From assembly GCF_009914755.1 (NCBI RefSeq), contig NC_060933.1: a DNA stretch of 64,000 nucleotides. One strand, written 5' to 3'. Position numbers and translations under genes: made by a program. The notes under the pieces are model-generated. The model was not told where the DNA came from and did not search any database. It saw only the letters and a program-made list of their open reading frames with translations. This document shows, piece by piece, positions 41,621 to 55,528 of the stretch (the stretch's first letter is position 1; the number at the start of each line of letters is the position of its first letter). Origin of the DNA: the human T2T-CHM13v2.0 reference genome, Homo sapiens.

Positions 41621-42342
41621 CCACTCTGATGCTTAAATTATGTGAGCCTAAGTATAGGTATAACAGTAGAGCTTATTATAAAGGCTTGAGTTCTAGTATT
41701 TCTTTTACATTGTCCAAGGAAGAGCTCCTAAGTGATTATTCTTAGTGAAAGTTCTGGAGTGACCAGTTGCTTCGAACTTATGGCTTGGTTCTTATGGCTT
41801 GGTTTCATTTGTCTAGAATAGGTCACAAAAGAGAAATCTAAAGGGCATTGCATAATCTTTGAAAAGCTACTTCTCCTGTTGTTACTAAGATTTACTTGGC
41901 AGAAATGCTAACATTCTAAGGTGATTGTAGAAGATGTACATAAAGCCTGATGTTCAAAAATAGGAGATGAGGGATTACTGCTTACCATTTTTGTGATTCT
42001 GGACAGTCAAAAAGTTTTGTTTTTCTTCTCTATTCAATATTTTCAATATTTGTATAGAATATTTCTTGTGATGCAGTTAAAGGTATTACATAGGTTAATA
42101 TATATGAGCATTTCATAAATGATTAATTGATATACTAGTAATAGGAGCAGGTACATCAACAATTGTAAATACTAGTTTGGGTCTGTGAATTTTGGGGTGA
42201 TTTGTTTATTTCATTACTTAAAAAGGTATTTCAGTGTTATACTGGAGAGAAGTAAAGAAAAAAGAAAAGGAGACTAGTATGTAGTGGGAAATTCATTGTA
42301 AAAGTCCTCACCATATTCAAGTTAATCATGATCTGTTATTAA

Positions 42343-42657
<315 letters not shown>

Positions 42658-45600
42658 TGATTTTAGAATAGATGGGAAAGAAGGCTGAGAACAATGTTCA
42701 ACAGTCTTCCCTCGATCTAGGAAGGAATGAAGGAAAGACTTTTTGGTGCCTCTTTTAAAAAAATTATTTAATTGTCATTTAAACAAACCACAAAGTTCTA
42801 TTTCAGAAGAAAACTCTGATCTGTTGAATGTGGCCTAACGTATCTTTTTTATTTAGTTAGAGGTTGATGATAATCTTTATTTCTAATAATTATCATAAAT
42901 TCTACTTCATGTGTAAACACTTCGAAATTTCCTGGAGTGTCTAATTTTTTTCGTTAACACAGCTGATCTGCAGATAAAAGTGAAAAGAAAAAATTTAGGA
43001 AACCAAAATATCAGATTTCCCTGCAGACTAGCTTTGAGTTTCTTCTTGGCAAGGGCATTGCTGTAAATCTTAGCCCTTCTATTGAATCTTCTGTCTTCCT
43101 CTCATAAGTGCATTGACATAGAATCCAGATAAAATTAAAACTCTGTTTCTCAAAGAGCAAGATGCTGGAATGGAAATTAATTATGAGCCATAGACACATA
43201 TAGATATTGCCTTCACATTGGATGGGCACAAATCTAGAGGAATTTTACCTCCTCAAGTCCAAAATCATCTCTGGGCATTGTAAGGGGCTTTGGCATAATT
43301 TTTCCATCACAATTTATGCATAGTCATTCTCATATGAAAAATGCATATCTTTAATACTTTGGACAGAGTAGATATTACCAAAACATCCAATAAAAGGAGT
43401 CCTTGTATTTAATGTAAATTACTCATGAGGAAAGAGCACCAGCCTCAATCACTAAAAAATAAGGCTAGTTCTGACTTTGGTTAGCTTGCCACATTATTTG
43501 AAGAAGAAACTTAACTTCTCTGTGCCTTGGCTTTCTTATATGAAGAATGAGAGTTTTTTATTCTTTTTAATCTTTGCTTCTGAAATGATACCATTCATAT
43601 ATATAATACACTCCATTCAGTGCCATTCCTTATTCCATGTAGTGATTCTTAATAGGAATTCTGTCTATTGAGAGACAGGATAAGAATCACCAGGTTGAGA
43701 ATCACTAGATTCTCTCTATGGTCACTCAGAACTCTTAAATTCTACACATCACAACTCCAGGAAGGTCAAGAGTTTCCAATGGAATGGTTTTAGGCAAACA
43801 CTTATCTTTCATATTACTTTCATCAAAGAATGCTTAGTGCTCTTGTCAGGAGGATGCTTCTGTTGTTAAACTACCATTTTGGTGTATTATGAATAGTTTA
43901 GTTTTCTCTTTAGTATGTTAAATTCAGGCACCAGAAGTCAGCTTTAAGGATGCTTCTGTATAGTGAAAGCACTTTGGGACCTATAGAGCTAAATTCTCTG
44001 TCTGAATCAGCAATGAGAAATAGCTTATTCACTGTTGAATTAGCATTGAGAAACCTTTGCATTGATATGGAGGTATCTAGGGTATGTGTAACAGGACTTT
44101 ATAAACTTTCATTAAAGATTTATTTTAGCCAGTCTTTTAATTTACATTTTATAAAAGGATTTTAATTTTTTTGGTGGAATTTGCAGTGAAAGTACTATTG
44201 TTAGAGAAGTGATTTCACTTCTAAGTCCCTCTAATCATAATTATAAGCTATTGGTTGGATGTCTATAAGTGAATTCTAATTATTGCTATGAAAAGAGGGA
44301 GGAAACACAGCAATGTTGTTATTCGCTCAGTATCTTTTTATGAAGGGATGTTTGGGAAATGAGCCAGCACTGCTCCACTGCCATTAAAAGAATGCAGTCT
44401 ATTTGACTTTGGCATTCAGAAAGAAGAAATTATTTTTGGCCTTTAAGATCTGCCTTGGGTGTAGAATGGGGTGCACCAATCTCTTCCCTGCCTCACCTCT
44501 CATACTCCTAACATTTCCACAGAGGACAGAAATGTCCACTGTCCCAGAAGGGATGAGAATGGGAGGAACCCTTCTGGCCTCCATTCCTACATATCCTTGC
44601 TCCTTGCTTTCAGGAGAGAGGAAGAGCACTTTCTCTGACAGGAGAGATCCAGAGACATGTTTGGATTCTTTCCTTTACAATGGTCTGCTTCAGAAGCTTG
44701 GGTTCTGTGTTTGCTCCCACCTCCATGACTGGGCATGCAGCACGTGGACCAGAGCCCACACTTGTCTATCTCCACTTGCAGGGCTTACTGGCTGTGAGGC
44801 TGCAATTCTGATTCAGCCAGCATACTCTATAGAACCTTGTTCTTCTTTAAATGGGCTTCTGAAAGTCCAGATGTTGGGATGGGGTGGGAGTGTAGGGAGA
44901 ATGAGAAAGACAGAGTTTGGACACATATCTAAGTAACAAAGCTTATATTTTAATTTTCATCAGTCTTATGCATTTCTCAATTGGTTTTTCAGTTGGTTTG
45001 AAATTTGGATGGGATGTAAGAATGTGAACAGTTGTCATTGTTACAGTCCCAACAGCCTCTTTTACTAAGTTATGAGTAAGAGATAAATGGTTATTATTAT
45101 AAATGTCTGCATTCTTCCTTTCAAGCATGTGCATTAATCCATTCTAACTTTTATTTTTTATTTCCAACTGTTGTTTTAAGTTCAGGGTTCTATGTGCAGG
45201 ATGTGCAGGTTTGTTACACAGGTAAATGTGTGCTATGGTGGTTTGCTGCACAGATCATCCCATCACCCAGGTATTAAGCCCAGAATCTACTAGCTATTCT
45301 TCCTGATCCTCTGCCTCCTCCCACCCCCTGCCCTCCCAGTAATGGGATTGCTTGGTCAAAAGGTATTTCTGCCTCTAGGTCTCTGAGGAATCACCACACT
45401 GTCTTCCACAATGGTCAAACTAATTTACACTCCTGCCAACAGTGTAAAAGCATTTCTTTTTCTCCACATCCTCACCAGTTTCTGTTTTTTGACTTTTTAA
45501 TAATAGCCATTCTGATTGGTATCTCATTTCATTTTGATTTGCATTTCTCTAATAATCAGTGATACTGAGCTTTTTTCGTATTTTTGTTGGCCACATGTAT

Positions 45601-47885
45601 GTCTTCTTTTGAGAAGCATCTGTTCATGTCCTTTGCCCACTTTTCAACAGGATTGCTTTTTTCTTGTAAATTTGGTTAAGTTCCTTATAGATCTGGATAT
45701 TAGACCTTTGTCAGATGCATATATTGCAAAAATTTTCTCCAATTCTGTAGGTTGTCTATTCACTCTAATTTCTTTTGCTGTGCAGAAACTCTACGGTTTA
45801 ATGAGATCCCATTTGTCAATTTTTGCTTTTGTTGTGATTGCTTTTGGCATCTTCATCATGAAATTTTTGCTCGTGCCTGTGTCCTCACTGGTATTGCCTA
45901 GGTTTTCTTCTAGGGTGTTTATAGTTTTGGGTCTTACATTTAAGACTTTAATCCATCTTGAGTTGATTTTTGTATATGGTGTAAGGAAGGGTTCCAGTTT
46001 AAATTTTCTGTATAATGCCTAGCCAGTTCTCCCATCACCACTTATTAAATAGGGAATCCTTTCCTCGTTGCATGTTATTGTCAGGTTTGTCAAAGATCAG
46101 ATGGTTGTAGGTATGCAGTCTCATTTCTGGGTTCTCTATTCTGTTCTATAGATCAGTGCATCTGTTCTTTTACCAGTACCATGCTGTTTTGGTTACTGTA
46201 GTTCTGTGATGTACTTTGAAGTTGGGTAGCATTATGCTCCAGTGTTCTTTTTGCTTAGGATTGCCTTGGCTATTTGGGCTCTTTTTGGTTCCATATGAAT
46301 TTTAAAATAGTTTTTTCTAATTCTGTGAAGAATGTCAATGATAGTTTAATGGGGATAGCATTGAATCTATGAATTACTTTGGTCAGTATGGCCATTTTCA
46401 CAATATTGATTCTTCCTATCCATGAGCATGGAATGATTTCCCATTTGTTTGTGTCATCTCTGATTTCTTTGAGCAGTGGTTGGTAGTTCTGCTTGAAGAT
46501 GTCCTTAACTTATTAGCTGTATTCCTAGGTATTTTATTCTTTTTGTGGCAATTGTAAATGGTAGTTTATTTGTGATTTGGCTCTCGGCTTGCCTGTTGGT
46601 GCATAGGAAAGCTAGCAATTTTTGGACATTGATTTTGTTCCTGAGACTTTGCTGGAGTTGCTTATCAGCTTAAGAAGCTCTTGGGCTGAGACTCTTGGGT
46701 GGGTTTTCCATATATAGGATCCTTGTCATCTGCAAACAAGGATAGTTTGGCTTCCTCTCATCCTATTTGAATACCTTTCATTTCTTTCTGTTGCCTGATT
46801 GCCCCGGCCAGAACTTCCAGTACTATGTTGAGTAAGAGTGGTGAGAGAGGGCAATCTTCTCTTGCGCTGATTTTCAAGGGAAATGCTTCCAGCTTTTGAC
46901 CATTCAATATAATATTGGCTGTGATTTATCATATGTGGCTCATTATTTTGATATATGTTTCTTCAATATATAGTTGATTGAGAGTTTTTAACATGAAGGG
47001 ATGTTGAATTTTATCGAAGGCCTTTTCTGCATCTATTGAGATAATCATGTGTTTTTTGTCTTCAGTTCTGTTTATGTGATGAATCACATTTATTGATTTG
47101 CATATGTTGAACCAACCTTGCATCCTCGGGAAGAAGCCTACTTGATCATGGTGGATAAGCTTCTTGATGTGCTGCTGGATTCGGTCAGCCAGTATTTTGT
47201 TGAGAATTTTTACATTGATCTTCATGAAGGATATTGGCCTGGAGTTTTCCTTTTTTTGTTGTATCTCTGCCAGGTTTTGGTATTAGGATAATGTGGGCCT
47301 CATAGGGTTGGGGAGGTGTCCCTCCTTTTCAGTGTTTTGGAAGAATTTCAGTAGAAATGGCATCAGCTCTTCTTTGAACCTCGGGTAAATCTGTCTGGTC
47401 CTAGGCTTTTTTTGGTTGGTAGGCTATTTATTACTGACTCAGTTTTGAAACTCATTATTGGTCTATTTAGGGATTTACTTTCTTTTTGGTTTAGTCTTGG
47501 AAGGGTGCATGTGTCCAGGAATTTATCCATTTCTTCTAGATGTTTTAGTTTATGTGCATATAGGTGTTCATAATATTCTCTGATGGTTGTTTGTATTTCT
47601 GTGGAGTCAGTGGTAATATCCCCCTTATCATTTCTGATTGTGTTTATTTGAATCTTCTCTCTTTTCTTCTTTATTGTTCTAACAAGTGGCCTATTTTATT
47701 AATTTTTTCAAAGAAATAGCTCCTGGATTCTCTGATCTTTTGAAGGGTTGTTGATGTCTCTGTCTCCTTCTGTTCAGGTCTCATCTTAGTTATTTCTTGT
47801 CCTCTGCTAGCTTTGGGGTTGGTTTGTCTTGATTCTCTAGTTCTTTTAGTTAAGATGTTAGGATGTTTACCTGAGATCTTTCTAT

Positions 47886-48907
47886 CTTCTTTATTTATTT
47901 ATTTATTTATTTGTTTATTTATTTATTATACTTTAAGTTCTGGGATACATGTGCAGAATGTGCAGGTTTGTTACATAGGTATACATGTGACATGGTGGTT
48001 TGCTGCACCCATCAACCCATCATCTACATTAGGTGTTTCTCCTAATGCTATCCCTCCCCTAGCTCCCTACAGGCCCCAGTGTGTGATGTTCCCCTCCCTG
48101 TGCCCATATGTTCTCATTGTTCAACTCCCACTTATGAATGAGAACATGCAGTGTTTGATTTTCTGTCCCTGTTTTAGTTTGCTGCGAATGATAGTTTCCA
48201 GCTTCATCCATGTCCCTGCAAAGGACATGAACTCATCCATTTTTTGTGGCTGCATAGTATTCCATGGTGTATACATGCCACATTTTCTTTATCCAGTCTA
48301 ACACTGAAGAACATCTGGGTTGGTTCCAAGCCTTTGCTATTGTGAATAGTGCCGTAATAAACATACATGTGCATGTGTCTTTATAGTAGAATGATTTATA
48401 ATCCTTTGGGTATATATCCAGTAATGAGATTGCTGGATCAAATGGTATTTCTAGTTCTAGATCCTTGAGGAATTGCCACACTGTCTTCCACAATGGTTGA
48501 ACTAATTTACATTCCCACCAAAAGCCAAAATTGACAAATGGAATCTAACTAAACTAAAGAGCTTCTGCACAACAAAAGATACTATCATCAAAGTGAACAG
48601 GCAACCTACAGAATGGGAGAAAATTTTTGCAATCTATCCATCTGACAAAGGGCTAATATCCATAATCTATAAGGAACTTAAATTTACAAGAAAAAACAAC
48701 CCCATCAAAAAGTGGGCAAAGGATATGAGCAGCCATTTTTCAAAAGAAGACATTTATGTGGCCAACAAACATATGAAAAAAATCTCATCATCAGTGGTCA
48801 TTAGAGAAATACAAATCAAAACCACAATGAGATACCATCTCACCAGTTAGAATGGCAATCATTAATAAGTCAGGAAACAACAGATGCTGGAGATGATGTG
48901 GAAAAAT
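47886..48907 (-). mobile_element. L1PA7-like 5'-truncated insertion with 5' inversion (twin priming)
   Basis: Antisense 3' part 47886-48520 with (TTTA)n tail; sense ORF2 piece 48521-48907 ([14 protein letters not shown]..); TSD agatctttctat at 47874-47885 and 48908-48919. Confidence 0.93.
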
Positions 48908-50095
48908 AGATCTTTCTATGTTTTTGATGTGAGCATTTAGTGCTATAAATTTTCCTCTTAACAGTGTTTTAGCTGCATCTCAGAGATTCTGATACATTGT
49001 ATCTTTGTTCTCAAGAATTTCAAAGAACTTGATTTTTGTCTTAATTTCAGTATTTACCCAGGAGTCTTTCAGGAGCAGGTTGTTCAATTTCCATGTAGTT
49101 GTATGGTTTTGAGTGAATTTATCAATCTTGAGTTCTAATTTGATCACACAGTGGTCTGAGAAACTATTTGTTGTGATTTCAGTTATTTGCATGGGCTGAG
49201 GAGAGTTTTACCTCCTATGATGTGATCAGTTTTAGAGTAAGTGCCATGTGGTGATGAGAAGAATGTATATTCTGTTGTTTTTTGGTGGAGAGTTCTGTAG
49301 ATATCTATCAGATCAACTTGATCCAGAGCTGAATTCAGGTCCTGAATATCGTTATTACTTTTCTGTCTTGATGATCCAATATTGTCAGCGGGTGTTAAAG
49401 TTTGCCATTATTATTGTGTGGGTGTCTAAGCCTCATTGAAGGTCTAAGAACTTGTCTTATGAATCTGGGTACTCCTAAATTGGGTGTATATACATTAAGT
49501 ATAGTTAGATCTTCTTTTTGAATTGACCCCTTTACCATTTTGTAATGCTTTTCTTTGTCTTTTTGATCTTTGTTGCTTTAAGATCTGTTTTGTTAGAAAC
49601 TAGGATTACAACCCCTGCTTTTTTCTGTTTTCCATTTCCTTGGTAAAATTTCCTCCATCCCTTTATTTTGAGCTTATGTGAGATGGGTCTCTTGAACACA
49701 GCATACCAATGGGTCTTGGTTCTTTATCAAGCTTGCCATTCTGTATTTTTTAATTGGGGCATTTAGCCCATTTACATTTAAGGTTAGTATTATTCTTTGT
49801 GAACTTGATCCTGTTATCATGATGCTAGCTGGTTATTTTGCAGACTTGTTGATGTTGTTGCTTCATCGTTTCACTCGTCTGTGTACTTCAGTGTGCTTTT
49901 GTAGTGGCTGGTAACAATTTTTACTTTCCATATTAAATGCTTCCTTCAGGAGCTCTTGTTAGGCAGGTCTGGTAGTAACAAATTTCCTCAGCATTTGCTT
50001 GTCTGAAAAGGATCCTACTTCTCCTTCACTTATGAAACTTGGTTTTGCCAGATTTGAAATTCTGGGTTGGAATGTTTTTTCTTTAAAAATGTTGA

Positions 50096-50409
<314 letters not shown>

Positions 50410-51147
50410 CTAATCTCTTCTGGCTTATAGGCTTTCTGCTGAGAAGGCTGCTGTTATTCTGATGGGCATTACTTTGTAGGTGACATGGCCTTTCTCCTTG
50501 GTTGCTCTTAACACTTTTTCTTTCATTTCTACCTTGTAGAATCTGATGATTATGTGTCTTGGGGATATTCTTCTTGTGCAGTATCTTACTGGGGTTCTCT
50601 GCAGTTCCTGAATTTGAATGTCGGCCTGTCTAGCTTGTTTGGAGCTCTTCTGGATAATATCCTGAAATATGTTTTCCAAATTGATTCCATTCTCCCTGTC
50701 TCTTGTAGGTACTCCATCAGTTGTAGATTTGGTCTATTTATATAATCCCATATTTCTTGGAGTTTTTATTCATTCCTTTTTACTCTTTTTTCTCTATTCT
50801 TTTCTGCTTGTCTTATTTCAGAAAGACAGTCTTCAAGCTCTGGGATTCTTTCCTCTATTTGTTCTTTTCTGCTATTAATACTTATAATTGTATTGTGAAG
50901 TTCTTGTAGTGTTTTTCAACTCTGTCAGGTCAGTTATGTTCCTGTCTATACTGGCTATTTTGGCTGTCAGCTCGTGCATTGTTTTATCATGATTTTGAAC
51001 TTTCTTGAATTGAGTTAAAACATGCTTCTTTATCTCAGTGAAGTTTGTTTTTATCCACCTTCTGAAGCCTGCTTCTGCCATTTCAGCCATCTCAGCCTCA
51101 GCCCAGTTCTGAACCCTTGCTGGAGAGGTCTTCTGGTCATTTGAATT

Positions 51148-51368
51148 GTAGCATTTCCCTTACCTGCTTTTTTTTCTCTGTAGCACTTATCTCCATCTAA
51201 ACGAATATATTTTCTTTCTTTAGTATATTTTATTTTCTTTGTTACCCTTACTAGACTATAAGACACTCCAAACTATATGATGAGGTGAAGAACTTTTTCT
51301 GTTTTGATCTCTGATACTGTATTCACAAAGGACTAGAACAGGATTAGCCTGTCGTAGGCAGTCACTAG
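51148..51368 (+). mobile_element. L2 3' fragment
   Basis: ctctgtagcacttatctccatct...actagactataag...gactagaacagg..gtaggcagtca. Confidence 0.75.
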
Positions 51369-52049
51369 GCACTGGCCATGGTAACCTCAGGTTAGAGAGT
51401 TGGCTGAGGAGGGTATATGACTGGATACCACAGTCTTACCACAGCATGTGGAGGCTGAGTGGAATGCATATCTGGGAGATTGGTTGGGATGGGGAGTGAA
51501 CTCCCCTTCAGTGGGGCCTGCTAGCGCTATCTCCATCTCAGTGAGTCCATAAACTAATATGAGCAACAGTCATTACAGCCAAGGACAGGAATATAATCTT
51601 GCCTAGCCAAGTTGGAACTTTAATTTTTCTTTCTCTCACTTTTGTCCAACTCCTGAGCAATCAACACAAAGAAGGGAAAGGTGCAGGATGTAGGGTGGGT
51701 GGGTAGGGAAGATGAAGAGCTCACCACCCTCCACTCAACTCCAGACTGCCAGAGTCAGTCTGTCCTACCCTGGAGTCAGGAGAAAAATGCTGAATCAGAT
51801 ATGGGATTGATGTTTAGTTCTTGATAGGACTATGTCTTCTAATACTGAAGTAAGATTGTTCTAATAAACAATATTCACTGGACAATTATGGAATCTGCCA
51901 CAGTTTCATTAAGGGAGTCACAACCCAGAAGGACAGGTCGATTCTACACAGTAGATTTGGAGAAATATATTAGGAAAAAAACTCCTATAAAACCGTTAAT
52001 TGTTTATAATCCAGAAAATTAATACTACTCAATAGATTGGTTTGCTTTT

Positions 52050-52350
<301 letters not shown>

Positions 52351-52374
52351 AGATTGGTTTGCTTTTACATTGGA

Positions 52375-52500
52375 TATTATTATCCCATTTTAGAGAGGGT
52401 AGAAATTAAGGCTCAGAAACAAATAATAACAAATTTAAGGCCATACCACTAGAAAGCATTAGCCAGGATTAAATATCAGGCCTACTGACTACAATGTCTA
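52375..52500 (-). mobile_element. MIR
   Basis: attattatcccattttagag...aaattaaggctcagaa...aaggccataccactag. Confidence 0.75.
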
Positions 52501-54189
52501 CACTTTATTGTTGAGGATATTTTCTCACCTGTAATGAAAAGGAAGGAAAAAGCAAAGGACACACACACCACACAAACACACACACCTCATCTTTTTCTGC
52601 CCAAATTAGTTTACATTGTTTCTATAAAGGTGCTGAATCCAGGTTTTCTTTCTCTCCACAGGAGTCTTCTTAAACAGTTTGATATTTCCAAATTCATGAA
52701 ACTGGAATATTAACCCAGCAGCATCAAGAAATATTAATACACTAGCATGGTTTGGTTGTACTCACTCCTTCACGTAGTTTATGCCTCTGTATTTTTCAGT
52801 AACATGCAATTAATAACTAGCATTCAGTTAAAAGCTAGAATTACTTCATTAGCTTAGGCAAATTATCTTTTTATGCTGGTGATAAATAAGCAGCTATTAG
52901 CAATGATTCACATTAGTTCCATGGTTTAAAACAGCTAATTTCCTCCTGGAGGCTTTGCAGCACACGTGCTAATACTTTTCCTCAATGTACTCTTATTATG
53001 GTACTCATGCTAACAAGGTCCCCCTCGTCTCTTGAACAAAACTATACATTTGTGTTCACTGTAAGGCTAGGCTTGGTGGAACCCACTCTGTTAGAGGCAA
53101 GTATTTTTGTTTAGATCTCTAGATAGGTTTAAAGGTATAGAGTGAGATATGTAAGACAGACTAGTTGGTTCAAATGTTGGACGATTTTCTTAACATCACA
53201 AATTGTGCTGCAGGAGAAGGCAGTCATGCTGGGGAGAAGGGGGCTGACGGCCCACAGTCTTGTTCACGCTCCCTGTCACCTCTTCTGTTGTCCTTTGCCT
53301 TATCTTTCTACTTTGTTTCAGCAAGTCCTCAGGTAGCCTCAAAATGGCCTCAGTCAGCTTCTTTTCAAGGTTTCATGTATATATATCTGTAGAGTATAAT
53401 ACTCTTGCCTCTGGTGTTTAACCAGTAAAATGACTGGTCCTGAGAGTTTTGCCTCATTGACTATCAGAACTTAAGTAGACATTCAACTAGTTACCAAACT
53501 CAACATATACCTGATTTATTTATAGAACATTGAAAACAGACCTTACACAACATCCAAGTGCTACAAATGTATTAGGAGAAAATCAGCAGATAAAAGTATA
53601 TTGAAAGAATAGATTATTCTGATTGGTGTCTTTGTTTATACTCATGATATTCTTTCTTGATAACTGGAATATATTTGATATTAGTTGAACAATGGTCTTA
53701 TAGTCTAACAAACAAGGATTCTTATAACTTTCTCAACAGAGATAATACCACATTTTAAATTTAATTTTCCTTTTGTATAAAAACAACTTTTATTAAGCAA
53801 CTAAGTCTAATTCTAGCTTAAAATATATTTATAAAGGATTTTAGAGGAAACTGTTAAAGAAACAAATGCCTAGATATAACTTGGTACTATTTTCAGTAAA
53901 TTATTATTGTTAAATATAACCTGGGTTTCCTTCTGGTAGTGGTAGTGTTTCCTTTCATTCATTTTGAATCTCTTAATTAAGTCAAAGTCTTTTCTGTTTG
54001 TATTATGCTTCAGAGTCTTGGGCAGGCCAACAGAATTTATAAAAAAAATGGGATAAATGCTCTTCCAAGGTCTTATCGTAGTCCAAAGGAAGGAGTGACC
54101 TGTGATTCCATTGGAACTTTGAGGATAAATCAGAAAGGGAATCAGAGAGAACAGCATGCTTGGCAAAAGAAGGAGCGTGGGGAATGAAG

Positions 54190-54655
54190 CTGTAGAAGTA
54201 AAAATAACCTGGGAATTCCATAATCTAGGATGGAGATTAAGGAGAAATTGCTGGAGATACAGATGGAAGGGTACTTTGGGAAAAATCTTCAGTGTCATGG
54301 AAAGACATTCTAAAGCATTTGTACTTGATTGGCAATCATTGATAGGTGTCTTTATTATTATTAAAGTGATTTAGAGAAGATAGTGATACAATCAGGAAGT
54401 TTTCCATGATCTGTTGGAAACATGACTGACAGAAATGTAGATATTGGAAAGACAACTGAGCAGGCTATTGTAATAATCAAAACTACAGTGTTTGGAAGCA
54501 GGCAGTGGCCGTGCAAATGGAAAGAATAAGATGTATTCAAGTATTTGAGTCAACAGGACTTGGTGACCTTTTTGAAAGGATGATGTACAAGGAAAAGGAG
54601 AAACTAAAGAAGGCTCCTTAGTTTAAAAGGCTCCTTAGATAAAAGGCAGTGTCCT
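54190..54655 (-). mobile_element. L2 fragment
   Basis: gcaggctattgtaataatcaa...aagtatttgagtcaacaggacttggtgac. Confidence 0.6.
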
Positions 54656-54656
54656 T

Positions 54657-54772
54657 TCCTGAAGGAGCACATCTTCATGTCTGAACTCATATATTATATT
54701 AGTAACATAATATTCCTTTCTCTAAAACAGAAAAACAATAGTTGTTTATTGTCTATAAATACCTTGGAATGA
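54657..54772 (+). repeat. ~116-bp segment duplicated at 57854-57972
   Basis: Direct alignment: 5 substitutions and one 3-bp indel. Confidence 0.95.
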
Positions 54773-54784
54773 TCCTTGCTGACC

Positions 54785-55170
54785 TTAATAGTGCCATAAT
54801 AGTGCTATCCCCAAACTCATTGGCATATAAAATTAGCATCTTGTTTGCACATCTGTATATAATTAGAGCTCACGTGATATAGGAGGATTCAGTTGGGCTT
54901 TGTGCCATAGTGTCTCTCATCCTTCTTGGACTAGCAGCTACTGGAGACATTTTCTTCTTATGGCAAAAGGCCTGGGCACAGGAGAACCAGCTCAACTGTG
55001 CATGAAAATTTTAAACATTTTTTCATTGCATGGCCTCCAACACTCCATTGGCCAAAGCAAGTCACATGGCCAATCCCCCGTCAAGGGGAGAGAGGTATTT
55101 TCTACCCACTGTGAATCAATGACACAGGTATGTGTCAGAAGAATAAAACATTGAGACCAAAGTCAATCCA
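54785..55170 (-). mobile_element. Old MLT1 (J/K/L-like) LTR
   Basis: ccattggccaaagcaagtcacatggccaatcccccgtcaagggg. Confidence 0.75.
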
Positions 55171-55234
55171 CAGTACTCTATATGGCTGTTTTTGTTACTC
55201 TGAGAACTGAGATTCCCTTTTCTTACTGAATAAA

Positions 55235-55528
55235 CATGTCTCAAGTTTTTATGGTTAATCTTAGGATGATGCAGGGCCATCCCAATTGACCCTAATCCAA
55301 CCAATGGTACTGCTGGATTTTGGTGACTATGTAACTGCCTGTAAATAGGTGTCTAGGTTGGACTGTCATGCTCCCTTTAGGTTATACCACTCATCAGCAA
55401 TACAGCTCTGCTGCTGTAGCAAATCTTAATATTTTCCCTAGAGATAGGCCAATTCCAAGGTATTGACCAGCTCTGATCCTGTTTAACTTACGAGAACAAT
55501 CAAGCTCCCTACTTGAGGTGATACCATA
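55235..55528 (-). mobile_element. Probable AmnSINE1-like (5S rRNA-headed) SINE relic
   Basis: Reverse complement of 55460-55495 matches 5S rRNA at 27/36, followed by agggaaaa..tgctacag..gtattgctgat as in the recalled AmnSINE1 body; best supported over 55381-55528. Confidence 0.6.

Noticed and set aside
44403-44936. Longest ORF (177 aa) in unique DNA
   Set aside because: Starts at TTG, resembles no protein family I recognise and has no evident exon context. It is compatible with chance, although the block could be regulatory.
45516-46022. 168-aa hydrophobic ORF (similarly 47813-48301 and 24753-25160)
   Set aside because: Antisense reading of A-rich L1 sequence gives spurious Phe/Leu-rich ORFs.
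46929-47225. Reverse-transcriptase-like ORF
   Set aside because: Fragment of a frameshifted L1 ORF2, not a host gene or a novel RT system.
55420-55528. Functional 5S rRNA gene
   Set aside because: Only ~75% identity over the best 36 nt and a degenerate box C; better explained as a SINE head relic.
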